A program made the position numbers and the translations under genes. Below are positions 1 to 12,830 of a stretch of DNA of 64,000 nt, one piece after another. The DNA lies in NCBI GenBank assembly GCA_951406725.2, contig OX597819.1, positions 20,770,001 through 20,834,000 on the forward strand, read 5' to 3'. Every line of letters begins with the position of its first letter. The stretch's first letter is position 1. Below the pieces are notes generated by a model. It was not told the DNA's origin. It worked only from the letters and a program-made list of their open reading frames with translations, and searched no databases. The DNA is from Octopus vulgaris (Eukaryota).

Positions 1-328
1 CGTCACATGCAGCTGTTGTCGGTGAGGTGGTCGCTGTATTGTTGTTTTGCAGTGTTTTTGTTCTTGATCTCATTAGCCATACACCAGTGTTTATAAGGGC
101 AACCTTTTAAGCGAAAGGTTTTCAGAATAGTTCATGTTTGTTCTTAACTGGACCCATTGACCTGAAACCGTTTACAATAGGACATGGTATTATTTCAGGG
201 TTATTTAGGTGTTGCAATTTGAGCTTTTTTGCGCCCACCAAATGGACAGTCCCATATATCTGAATGTTTCAGCTCTTTGAACATATACCACTTTCCTTTT
301 AGAAATTTCTACATAAATTTCTACTCCA

Positions 329-750
329 GGCGCAGGAGTGGCTGTGCGATAAGTAGCTTGCTAACCAACCACATGGTTCCGGGTTCAGTCCCACTGCGTG
401 GCATCTTGGGCAAGTGTCTTCTGCTATAGCCCCGGGCCGACCAATGCCTTGTGAGTGGATTTGGTAGACGGAAACTGAAAGAAGCCTGTCGTATATATGT
501 ATATGTATATATATATATGTATGTATATGTGTTTGTGTGTCTGTGTTTGTCCCCCTAGCATTGCTTGAGAACCGATGCTGGTGTGTTTACGTCCTCGTCA
601 CTTAGCGGTTCGGCAAAAGTGACCGATAGAATAAGTACTGGGCTTACAAAGAATAAGTCCCGGGGTCGATTTGCTCGACTAAAGGCGGTGCTCCAGCATG
701 GCCGCAGTCAAATGACTGAAACAAGTAAAAGAGTAAAAGATTAAAGAGTA
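329..750 (+). mobile_element. tRNA-derived SINE family A, full length, with internal (TA)/(TG) microsatellite
   Basis: Head GGCGCAGGAGTGGCTGTG...GGGTTCAGTCCC has Pol III A/B-box-like motifs, followed by CTTGGGCAAGTGTCTT and a GAAACAAGTAAAAGAGTAAAAG tail. Near-identical copies occur at 16472, 35681, 36850 and 58040. Confidence 0.9.
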
Positions 751-1044
751 GATGTTTATGTTAATATCAAAATTTGTGGAAGATTTAAACTGTCATACAT
801 TATCTGGAACCTGTTTCGAGATAATTAGCCTGGTTAATTCTTAATCTCTGCGGTTTCAATTAGCCATACGTATCCAGGGCATTTACGCACTCATATAATT
901 TACACATTTTGGTCATGAACGATGAGTCACGGGAATAATATGCGACTTCACGATGAAGAGAATGCAGTATGTGTGCGTATGTGTGCCTGTCTTCATACGC
1001 ATATGCCCGGAGAGGCATAAGCGGTGGGGCCGAAATTATGCATT

Positions 1045-1082
<38 letters not shown>

Positions 1083-1420
1083 GCATTAAATGTAAGAACA
1101 AGCAAGTTGGGCAAGACAATATGCAACAAATATTAAATGCATTTCATACAAAAATGTATAAAAAAAAGTCCGACTTATACAGAATAAAAATGAGTTTTGT
1201 TATCAAATGTATTTAATTATTGTTGCCTACCGATTTGCCTTACAGTTTCTCCACTACCTGTTTCTAATCCATCCATCTATCTAACTATCTATCTGTCTAT
1301 CTATCTATCTGTCTTTCTATCTATATGTCCAGCTAGCTATATGTCTAGCTAGCTAGTTAGCTACCTATCTTTATATCAATATATGTGTGTGTGTGCTTGT
1401 GTGAGTGTGTATGTGTGTGT

Positions 1421-1457
<37 letters not shown>

Positions 1458-3969
1458 TCTCTCTTTCTCTTTCTCTCTCTTTCAGTCTCTTTGTTTATAA
1501 ATGTTTATGTACAGAAAATAAAATATTACTAAGTCTCCGTTTTATCGTCTAATGCGAATTAAGCAAATAATTAAAGCTGACTTGAATTTGCGAAACAATT
1601 CAATGAAAATCCAAGCAAAATAAAGGAAAGACCCAAGAAAGAAAGGAATGTGTGGCTTAAAGAAAGGAAGTTTCAAAAGAACGTCTGTATTTGCCAACAC
1701 CTTATATTAATGACTTCTTCCATCTTCACGCTACAAAACAACCTTACAGTTACAGAAGCAGCTTTGGTTGTTTTCCATTACAATTTGCATATAATTTTTT
1801 TTCTGAGAAAAAAAAAATATTATATATACGACAAAGTATTATTTTTGAAGATAAAGAATAGCACAAGAAAAAAAAAATCTTCAGCTAAAATAATTATAAC
1901 TACAGATGTAAACATTGATCTGGCTTCTCATATCTATGTTACGTATAGTTGGAAAATTTGATCTAGCAGTCTATTCTCTATTTTCAGTTACTGATAGTCA
2001 TAAACAATCATTTTCAGCCATTCACAATTCACCGATTTGTGAAGAAGGAGATATGAAAGGCAGATCTACATCACAAGACATAAAAAAAAAAACGAAAAAA
2101 AAAAAAACAAAAAAACACTAAAATGTGTCTTCAGTGCAAATTTCATTTATACCATTATGTTTTTTTAACCTTGGCAACAGCAAAGTTTTACAATCTACAA
2201 TTGTGAGCCGAATGGTCTGCTATGAATAGCAGCCAAGGATAACTTGAATGCTGAAGGGAATTATCCATTGGAAAATCCTGATTTGGATGAGTCTGGTTTT
2301 GGTTGACTTTCATTATAGAACTGCTCGTTGGGAGACAATATATTCTTGAATTTCAAACTCAATCATATCTTTCGATTGCTGGCTAATTTCCTAATTGGTG
2401 CGTTCTGGTAATCCTTTTAGGAGGGAAGGCTTCAGTCAAATCTTTCTTTCACAATGGATAAATGTGTTTCTAGTACAGTTCCTACTCAACAAAATTTTTA
2501 AAACTCTTGGTCCATCACTTCAATAGAATCATTCAAAACGCAAGGCTTGCATTATCCAATATCTTTATTTCGCTTTTAAAGTATTAGGGTATGATTAAGG
2601 GTAGATTGGGCTGTTATTTTCAGCAGCTTGACTAGCCACGCTAAACATCCCACCCTGGCGCAATCTTGACGATTCTGATGTGTTGCTGCTTTTTAATGGT
2701 GGAGTTGCTGTTTGTTGCTTGTTGTTGTTGTTGTGTTGGTGGTGGGGAGATTCAAAGCTTGATGAAACCTATAGTATGTGATCAATCAGAGAATGAGCAA
2801 CGATCCTCATATTCAAAGAGATTTGTTCAAAATGTTCGTATTTGATCAGCATTTTCCTAGTAAAATATCAATGTCTGTGTGTATGTATATATGTATCAAT
2901 GTATATATGTATGTGTGTATGGATGTGTGTGTATATATGTGTGTGTGTGTGTATGTGTGTAACTATGAACTGCAGAGTTTGCTATATCCAGAATTAACAA
3001 GTTGATATTTAAAATATTGCTTATCTCACAGTAAATCAGAGCTTCGTGCAGTAAATATGAATGTTTTTGTTGTTTTTTTATGAATAAGAGCTACTAAGAG
3101 CTGCAAATGTCTTAGCTAAATTACACACTAATAATTATGTATTTCATATGATATGTATTGTGGTGAGTGTATTTTGTCTGAGGTTTCTTTTCTTATGATA
3201 TTTCTATAACATTATTTTTGTTGCAACTTTGTAGTCATTGATGCATGCCTAGATACACTTACACACATAGTTAGTTAATTTTGAACTTAAAAATACAGAC
3301 CGACTTGCACCATTCTAAACAAAACCATATTTTCAAAAGAATCAATCATAGGTTTGATTAAAAGATGAAACTCTTAAACAAACCCCGAGGAACATGGAGT
3401 ACTTTGAAATTACATCCATGATTTTTGTTATTGATTTACAGTAAGACAGGAAGTCGTAAATTATGTGTTGTGTTCGTAAAAGTACTATTTCAGAAAGCAG
3501 ATATGACAAGGTTTTCATTTAACAGCAAACGTCTACAAACATGTTCCCAAATATTAGAGCAATCATTTTTGTTGTTAGTGTTGTTGTTTCCCGTGTTTTT
3601 ACTGTTGTTCATATCCGTGTTGTTATTTATTAATTTGTTTGTTAGCTCTGAATTACAACGAACTGTGTTTCCCTCTTCATTCTAAATGTATTTGCCATTT
3701 AATTATATATTGACTTTAGCTCATGTTTTCTCGTTCTGCCAGCAATATTTGTCGTTCTTTGTAGTTAGATATCAGTTGTTGACATTCCAGTTTACTCTTC
3801 AATCATTTACCATTGCATTGCTATATATCCATTTCTCTGCGCAACAAAACAACTGAAAGATATAATTTCATATAAACCTACCTGTTCGTTTATCAGCGTG
3901 TATTTTGTTTTACCTGTTTTGACAGATACCATGATATTTCTGTTTTTCTGTGTCTTCTCTCTTTTCTAG

Positions 3970-4008
3970 ATATCTTGAAACAGAATCCCAAAATAAAACG
4001 AGAATGAC
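3970..4008 (+). other. candidate 39-bp symmetric micro-exon (YLETESQNKTRM)
   Basis: Long polypyrimidine tract ending TTTTCTAG, 39 bp open in one frame, then a perfect GTAAGT donor. No partner exons identified. Confidence 0.3.
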
Positions 4009-4226
4009 GTAAGTTAATACAAATATTTGATATTACCGTCCGCAAAAAAAAAAAAAGACAGAAAAAAGAAAAGAAATAAGCAATTTTCTCTTCAGAAAGT
4101 ATATACCCAGCACTTCCAAAGTTTAGAGTCCCTACGCATTGATATAGACAGCATCAATCATTCTATTCTAAATATTGCGTATAATCGACAAATCAGATCA
4201 AATGCCGCCTCGCATTTGTTATCTCT

Positions 4227-4275
<49 letters not shown>

Positions 4276-5040
4276 AAAAAAGAAGAAGAAACAGAAAGAA
4301 CAACAATGCGAGGCCGTAGTACATGTAGAGTATTAACAGACGCTCGGGAAATGAAAAAGGAGGTTTTATGTTTCGAGCAAGGGCTCTTCTTCAGGAAAAG
4401 AAAAAAACAATGAGCATTCATCTACGTGATATCGAACTGAATAGAATTAATTTAATTTTAAAAGTATATAAAAACAGAATAGAAAATAATGTAATCGTCA
4501 ATAGTTATTTCAAAGGAATTAACAGAAATAAGGCCAGATATGGCACTGTTGTTATAATCTCACTCTGCAATACTGTAGCACGTTAGCCAAACACTTTAGG
4601 CAGGTGTCTTCCACGAGAATGCTTTGTGAATGAATGTCGTTGGCGGTAAGGCTGTGTTATCCCGTTGTTGTAAATGTTTGAGTGTTTTCTGTATTTCTTT
4701 GTGTTCGTTCACACCTTTCTGTCTGTATATGTATCCACCACAAGCTTTATACCAGCTACTGGAATTTTGCTTTTTCGTAAATAAGCGGTTCGGCTGTTGT
4801 GACCTACAGAGAAAACATCAGAATATAACATATATGCTCTACTTTGTTCGAATAAACTCTTCCAGTCAATGTGCCATAATCACCAGAATCATTGGTTTCG
4901 GTTTGTGCACGCGTATCTGTGGAATTTTGAATGTGAGGGAATTTGTACATTTCCTTGGCAGAGAGATTACTCACGCCAGTATTGTGAATGAAGATTTCAC
5001 ATCGTGCGAAATAGACATTATTATTCAGAAAGTTGTATAT

Positions 5041-5071
5041 CACACACACATACACACATACACACACACAC

Positions 5072-5135
<64 letters not shown>

Positions 5136-5197
5136 TATATACATATACATATGGGTATTTATATACGCATGGGTATTTATATATACATATATAAATA

Positions 5198-5282
<85 letters not shown>

Positions 5283-5324
5283 ACATATATATACATATAC
5301 ATATATATATATATATATACATAT

Positions 5325-5359
<35 letters not shown>

Positions 5360-5378
5360 TATATATACATATATATGC

Positions 5379-5425
<47 letters not shown>
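5041..5425. repeat. compound (CA)n/(TA)n/(TATACA)n microsatellite
   Basis: Read directly. Source of the YIYI ORFs. Similar blocks at 6350-6552, 7180-7287, 7380-7460, 20460-20520, 48815-49310, 50050-50260 and 54070-54240. Confidence 0.95.
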
Positions 5426-5426
<1 letters not shown>

Positions 5427-6378
5427 TATAGCCTCCAGCTTTATTCATCTGCACTTATAAACACACACACGAATACATGTATATGTGTTTGTATTCCTCT
5501 GCGCGCGTGTAAACGTGTGGGCATATAAATGTCTGCTTCTTACTGGAATGCAATGGCGTTATTCAAAGTGACTGTCAAGAAGAGACGTGTCTGCTGCGCG
5601 CTTACATATTCGACAATCATTATGTAATGTCATATGACTCCATTTAAACATCATTGTACAGTATTGTTGTCTGAGATAACAGTCTGGCTTTTGGATTCCA
5701 AATAATGTTATAGAAACCTCAGTTGCGTATGTACGTGAAGAGAAAGTATATTGTAAATATCGCCATTTATTTACACAATTAACAGAGTAATATACACTGT
5801 AAAGGAGGAAAATCTGAAAGCCTCACCCGGATGCAACGTATCGTATTTCAAACGGCTTCTATAAACACTTTGATATCATCGCTATTTTTCATTTCTAAAC
5901 AAATAGAACAGCTTGTAGGCATATTAATGACACAAATGATTGTAAATACTAACTCTTTAAACTTACTCTATTGTGAAGTATATTAACTGACAATTAAGCT
6001 ATGATATTTTAAGATGATCAACATTTGGGTATGAGATACTGGAAATCACGCTCCGCAGCTTCTATTCAATGTATCACACGGTTTGCTCAGGTCATTCACA
6101 CTATGATATCAGATTTACATCAACAGTATCAGTATCCATATCTTAAGGCATCTCCGTGTTGTTTTTCTTTACTTCTTTCTTATTAGTGGGTATCCAAGGA
6201 TGTTAACCAATGTGTCGTAACGTTTATTTGCTTTGAAGACGTTGCTGAAATTCTTAGCGAGATGTTGTAGAACACAAACCAGACACAACAATACGAGCAA
6301 CCAAGCGCACACGCTAGGGACACAGGTTACGCACACAGAGGCAGGAAACATATATATATATGTATGTATATATGTATA

Positions 6379-6467
<89 letters not shown>

Positions 6468-6474
6468 TTATATA

Positions 6475-6554
<80 letters not shown>

Positions 6555-6887
6555 GGCTATACAAGTGTTTAATACACCCACATAGGTCTATACATATGCA
6601 TGTGAATGTGTGTATGTATTTATATGCGTGCTTTTTCTGTGTTCACGCTTAGTTGTATGTACTTAGAAGGCACATGTCGACTGTGATTTAGATGTTCCGG
6701 CGTGCTTGCAAACAGTTCGACAAATGCTAGCAAGCCGAAACTTCGTGGTATCTGTCAATATTTTCCCTGTAAATATTTCATGAACTTATACCCTACTAAA
6801 AGCAGATATATTTACCAGCCTATCACTCGAACGTCATGCAGCCCCTCTCAACATATATGTATACATTTATGTACTCCTCATACAATT

Positions 6888-7135
6888 GTGGCGCGCTCCT
6901 GTAATCTAGCTACCCGGAGTCTTGTTTGGTTGGCCTGTTTGAGGATGGGAGTCCTGGTAGTCGGTCTTCTATAGCGATCGGGTGTCCGCGATAAGTTCGG
7001 CATCAATATAGTCCTGGAGAGGGAACTCATCAGAGCCAGCTTGTCTAAGGAGGATCGCTTCGGCCCAGAACATTGCAGCATTTTAATTCTTTTTTCTAGC
7101 AATGTAAGTGCCGTGACACCCTTAGTCAGCATTTA
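6888..7135 (+). pseudogene. decayed 7SL (SRP) RNA copy or 7SL-derived element
   Basis: Collinear matches to metazoan 7SL: GTGGCGCGCTCCTGTAATCTAGCTAC (Alu domain), GATCGGGTGTCCGCGATAAGTTCGGCATCAATAT, TTGTCTAAGGAGG and CGGCCCAG. The 5' GCCGGG and the helix-8 GGAAAC loop are missing. Confidence 0.8.
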
Positions 7136-7177
7136 GTGTCAATGATATTTTTCCTTTATGGCATCGCATTGCGCATG

Positions 7178-7290
<113 letters not shown>

Positions 7291-7375
7291 TCGGGGTGAG
7301 TACTTGATAATTATAAGCACCTGTGTATACCGTTTGGTGGTGTAGGTGGTGGAGTAAATTGATCTATTTTGATCA

Positions 7376-7464
<89 letters not shown>

Positions 7465-8008
7465 TATTCATTAGTCCAAGTTTGGAATGGCTGGCACGCA
7501 TTTCCCCTCATTATGGATTACGATTTACTTAAGGAAAATCCGATCTAAATGGATTTTATTGGATATCCCCCCACCAGACATAAGGAACCACAGCTATCAT
7601 TAATAAAGAGCTTTTGTTCGACTGCTACGTATGATAAACCTAAGCTATCTCTCTCCGATGACGGAATACTCAGAATATGGAATCTCCGCTCAGAAGGATG
7701 TTCCAATAGCAGGGATTCTCAAGCAACTGCTGTGAGAGACTAAACTCCTCATTATATTGCTTAAGTAAATGTCCTTGTCAGGTTTTGCCAAACTGTTTGC
7801 CTTTTATTTTCGAATATATTTTTTGAAATGTTTGGTGTTTAATCGCAAACTTCATGCACTGCCTATATGGCCTAAAAAATTAATAATGCGTCGTTAGGAT
7901 GAGAGAAAAAGTGAGGAAGAAGTTGATATAAAAGGTGGAAGTTTGAAAAACTGGAAAAGGACAAATAAAAGAGAAAGAAGCAAACGTGGAAGGGTTTAAA
8001 GGTAGTAC

Positions 8009-8473
8009 CCCATTGACCGTAAAACATAATGCGGAAAGGATAGTGGCCTAGAACATTTGGTTCTGCTTTTCAGTCTGGAGTGGGTGGTACTTTTCAATTC
8101 GCCAAAAGGAACATAGGGGTATGCTTACAATCGTTGAAAATTATGGACCTAGAATTCAACAGTGTGTTTGAATTCTTAGATAAATTGGCTAGCCACCTGT
8201 GGGGTTTGAAGTCGAGCACAACACCACATACTATAAGTGGAAAAATAATCGAAGAACGCACACGATATGTTAACGGATCAAGAAAGTGTAAGCTGTGGGT
8301 AGGTGAAAGAACTCTCATACTCAACTGAATTCTAGATCCGAAATTTTCATCAGTTGTAAGCACATGGTTAGGTTCCTGTTGAGAAACAGGAAAGTATCAC
8401 CCTCTCTGAATTGAACATCTATGCACAGAGTCTAAGTCACTATCTTTTCAGTCATATTTTACGGTCAAATGGG
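8009..8473. mobile_element. old MITE or non-autonomous DNA transposon with ~85-bp imperfect TIRs
   Basis: Left end CCCATTGACCGTAAAACATAATGCGGAAAGGATAGTGGCCTAGA matches the reverse complement of the right end, CCCATTTGACCGTAAAATATGACTGAAAAGATAGTGACTTAGA. Confidence 0.65.
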
Positions 8474-8715
8474 AAATAACTCCAACTACTGACTCCCAGA
8501 CTTTCTTCTTTCTGTTTTCTTTTTCGTGTTCCGAGCTTTCCACCTTCCACTTCCTGTAGCGTCTTCTTCCACACATTTTCTCACATTTTCTCTCGTTCTA
8601 TCGCCTCATTTTTAATTTGTTGTGCTATATGAGCAGTGCCTACGAACATACCCGGATCTTTCTGTGGCATATCCCCCAAACCAATTATTAACATACTCCT
8701 ACGACACTACTTCCA

Positions 8716-8750
<35 letters not shown>

Positions 8751-9324
8751 CGCCAGCCATCTGCTATCGTCGCCAAAATCAACAACAAAAATCACACAAA
8801 AGTACACCGCACTCATTATTACATGAATAAATAGTCTGGTAAACATTGACAAACGTTTGCAGCGTAAACCTGAGTTTGCAGAGAAGGGGTGGGGAGGAGC
8901 TGAAAATAAACATCACTGACGAAACTGGCAGATGAAAAAATTCCAATGTGTATTAATTAGTGGATTAACGCGATGGCTTTCATTAAAATCAAGCATTTAA
9001 TTTCATTAAACCATATTGTTTAAAATGATTGCTTCTTGCACTTAACGAAAATTGCATTCCATCAGTCCATCAATCCCACATAATTTCATTCCATTTTTCC
9101 TGCCAACTTCTGTTTATGCAATGAACCGTCTTGAGGCCAATGTAAATAGCGCACGCAAGACTGTATTTCGTACGTATTTATATGTTTTCGTTAGAGTTGT
9201 TGTCGCGGTTGTTAAAGCAACAGGAACTTCATCACTTTGCGGTATATGTTCTAGAAATTTACATTTCATGTTCAAACCACATCATGATCAAGTTGGCATT
9301 TTAACACTCCTGGGTCGATAAAAC

Positions 9325-9793
9325 CACACCTTGCCAAGTAGAGACTTCAAACTTGAAATCTTCAAAGCCACAGTCGAACAAATTCTACTATATGGCTCAG
9401 AAACCTGGAAGTTATCAAAGAAGCTTGAGAGGCGGTTGGATAGAACCTACACTCGCCTCCTTATGAGAGCTCAAAATTTCTCGTGGAAGCGCCATCCAAC
9501 CAAAATGCAAATATATGGGAAACTACCACCTGTGTCATCACTTGTGAAAGGTAAGAGAGTCCAGTTTGCAGGACATTGTTGTAGAGCTGAAAAAGAGGTC
9601 ATTTCTACTCTTCTCCTCTGGAAGCCATCTACTCGCAATACCAGAGGGCGCACACTCTCCTACTCTGATGTAATTTCCAGGGATACAGGCATCCAGCAAC
9701 AGGACCACCGTAATGCCATGATGGACCGTGAAGTCTGGCGTAGCATGGTAAATTCCATTGTCTCGATCACGGTCGAACAATGATGATGATGAA
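9325..9793 (+). mobile_element. 5'-truncated RTE-group LINE, ORF C-terminus plus (TGA)n tail
   Basis: ORF 9331-9783 carries LLYGSETW, RVQFAGHC and AMMDREVWR motifs typical of the RTE post-RT region. The stop runs into TGATGATGATGA. Confidence 0.88.
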
Positions 9794-10143
9794 GTATTGA
9801 ACGTCGACAATATTGTCTCTGCCCTCATCTAAAAACTGTTGTCTGTTATCAGAACCCGCAAACTATAATTACCATAGTTGTTACGCAACGAGTAGCACTT
9901 GAGTACACCAGTTGATATAATCGACCATCCGAAACAAAATTTATTGGCCTTGTGCCCCATCATATCAGCTGAGTAGATATCTACCTTCTATGTTTTTTCA
10001 TGCTAAAGCTAATTAATCCTCCTATGTTGTCTGCTATACTGAATATACTCAAACATTCTCTTATCTATGACTGTGTGATCTTGTCATAGGCGTATATACT
10101 CAAAGATTCAGTTATCCGTGAGTGGGGTGTCCTATCATTCTTA

Positions 10144-10202
<59 letters not shown>

Positions 10203-10270
10203 GTTGTTGTTGTTGTTGTTATTATTACTATTATTATTATTACTATTATTATTATTATTATTATTATTAC

Positions 10271-10313
<43 letters not shown>

Positions 10314-10314
<1 letters not shown>

Positions 10315-10556
10315 TTGAGTGAGTGAGAGAGCAGTGAATGCCCTCAAAGTGACAGTGGGGTAAAACATGCGAAGCCCAGTATCCCCATCATATCTACCCG
10401 TCTGATTGATGCACATCAGACACATGCATCATAAACAAATGTGCATGACATAGTGATCTCAAACAACTGTCAAGCATATATGTGGTATTGAGCAGATAAA
10501 ACAATGTACATGATAACACTTCCAATCGGTTAAGATCAGAAGCTACGAGAGCCACT
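10314..10556 (-). mobile_element. unclassified non-coding interspersed repeat in (ATT)n/(AGT)n tracts, internally deleted copy
   Basis: Homologous to 47946-48452 (AAAGTGACA.TGGGGTAAAA; ACACTTCCAATCGGTTAAGATCAGAAGCTACGA.AGCCACT). Strand is inferred. Confidence 0.7.
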
Positions 10557-10601
10557 ATTATTATTATTATTGTTATTATTTTTGTTTTGTTGTTGTTGTT
10601 G

Positions 10602-10637
<36 letters not shown>

Positions 10638-11024
10638 GTTTTTGGATTTGGTTTGCAAGATTCTTTGGGTTCGTGTGTTGAAGCATATGCTGTTGTGTCT
10701 TGAGAGGGTCATTTTCTGCTGTTGTTTTTTTTTTTTTTTTCTTCTTGTAGCCTTTCAATAGTCTTGACTAATAAAAAGGCTGCAAGATGCAATGAAAATT
10801 TTAGGAAAATAAAAATAATGAATAATAGGAAACTTTACCGGTCAGTGTATGAAATTATAAGGCACAAAAGAAAATTATTCTCCCCAGACAAAACAGATAA
10901 TAATAATAACAATAATAATAATAATAATAAAAATAATAATGATAATAATAATAATTATTATTATTATTATCATTATTATTATCATTATTATTATAATTAT
11001 TATTATTATTATTATTATTATTAT

Positions 11025-11220
11025 AGATGTCGCACAGTATAAAATATCGTAAGGTTGTTGATTGAAGATATTGTGTCATCCGGGTGATTTTCCTTGTTTA
11101 TCAGACATAATACTTTCCTTTAGATGCGCGCTCTGCTCAATAAGGCTGTTTTTGCATGGCATCAATCTTGCATGGGATTTCCAGTTTCCTTAATAAGTCT
11201 TGAAGTTTCAATGGGATTTA
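11025..11220 (-). mobile_element. R4/Dong-like RLE LINE, 3' fragment
   Basis: Minus translation IPLKLQDLLRKLEIPCKIDAM / KTALLSRARI*RKVLCL. 3' UTR is homologous to 24273-24380 and ends directly in (TAA)n. Confidence 0.75.
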
Positions 11221-11819
11221 GCCCATTGAGGAGAGGTGGTGGTGGTGGTGGTGGTGGTGGTGGGTGGTAGTAATAAGTATTGTTATGAATATTGAGGAAG
11301 CCGTGGGGGTGTGGAACCGGTGATAATTTATATGGTAGAGATTTCTGTTAATCGGGACGCAGGTGGTGGGGCTGCTAGGGCTGATACTGGTTATGTTCAT
11401 ACCTTTTTTATGAGATTCGGTGCCAGACATTTATATGGTCACCCGATATGTTATGTTCTATAAATCCCAACTCCAATGCGTAGCAACTGTCCGAAAGGGC
11501 ATCCTTGGATAACTCACCATTGGTTTACCTGAGCAATATGAATATGAAACGGCTAATCCGGGCTGGAATCTATTAGACGTCATTTGCACTTACCTGGAGC
11601 TAAAAACAAGAACAAAACTGCTTGCATACACAGTTCGAACTCAGTAAAACAAGGAAGAGAGATATTAATAGGGAATTTCGGAACAAGTACTAAATCATGT
11701 TTTCAGAATCCGTGATGGAATGATAATTGAAACAGGGGCCACCGTGCCGTGGTAACCCCAGAGTGGGAAACAAGTTTTAAGAGAACATGACAAATATGCA
11801 TGACATACAGTCCTAAACA

Positions 11820-12830
11820 GCACAAAGAATAGGTTGATGCTAAAGGCAAGGCATTAAAGTGAAAAGAAATGAAAAGAAATTATGGAAAGTTTCTATGGAC
11901 AGATATGCGACACAGAAAAGGTGGAATAAGGACCATTGTATTAAAATTATTGCATGTAGCATGTGTTCATTGCTTAGCAGTTCTATTATACTGAATATGA
12001 GCGGTATACTGGATGTGTGCATATATATGCACGAATAAGCAGTATGCATTTTGTGTATTGTCACAGTATGAGTAAGGATTTGAATATCGTAATATGCGTG
12101 TAATACGTAACAAGATTATGTTTTGAGTAGCCTGTAGCAGGATTAAGTCGGAGAAATTTTTCCATTATATTTTTGTTGGGTGTTGATTTTGTAATTCCAC
12201 AAGATGATTTCTTTCTTCCCTGTTTTCAAGCTCTGCATTCTGATTATCCCTTTCTCTAGATTTATTACGATAGTTTTTTTCTTTTCTTTTAGTAGTTTTA
12301 TGCGCAATTATTTATTGATTTTGATATATCGACGAAAAAAAATGTCATTGCTCTGATCACTTCTAAAATAATTTCTGAACAATTTGCCATAAGCCCCGTG
12401 ATTATAAATCCCCGTATAATTGAATATGAGGTATCATTGGAATATGTTTTGCCACACGATTTCTGAAGCCAGTTCATAATAATTAATCATGTATGAGTGT
12501 AGAAACCATTTCAGCAAGTCTTGCCAATTAGAGAATGCATAACTTCTTTCTTAAAAATTCCCAGGCATTTTAAAATTACATTTCTAGCGATATTAATGTT
12601 TCGGTGTGTTTTTTTTTTCAAGGATTCTCCACTTTCTAGTAATATAGAACCTGGAGTATATCTGAGTTGTGCAGTTCTAAGCTTTCCCATTTTCTACAAC
12701 GGTTAATGTTTTCAACAACGGCTGGAAATTCTGCTCTTTAGGGTAGCATATTCAGGTTGCTTTAGTCTTTTTGGTACAAAATTGCTTTTGGAATTCCTCT
12801 ATTAAAGACGCTTTCGTTTTGTCTCTCATT
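11820..12830 (-). mobile_element. highly decayed LINE ORF1-like (gag zinc-knuckle) remnant
   Basis: A-rich minus strand with three successive eroded Cys/His clusters (CYRL..H, SYC, NGPYSTFS..CP). Many stops and frameshifts. Confidence 0.3.

Noticed and set aside
329-405. tRNA-like sequences at SINE heads (also 17200-17278 and 32140-32216)
   Set aside because: No complete cloverleaf, and each is fused to a repeated SINE body.
3492-3682. Minus-strand open frame ending RRLLLNENLVISAF as a terminal exon
   Set aside because: Weak acceptor, N-rich low complexity and no recognisable homology.
4630-5528. Long ORFs up to 250 aa rich in YI/HT/CV, and all similar ORFs across the window
   Set aside because: They are translations of stop-free dinucleotide microsatellites with no domain content.
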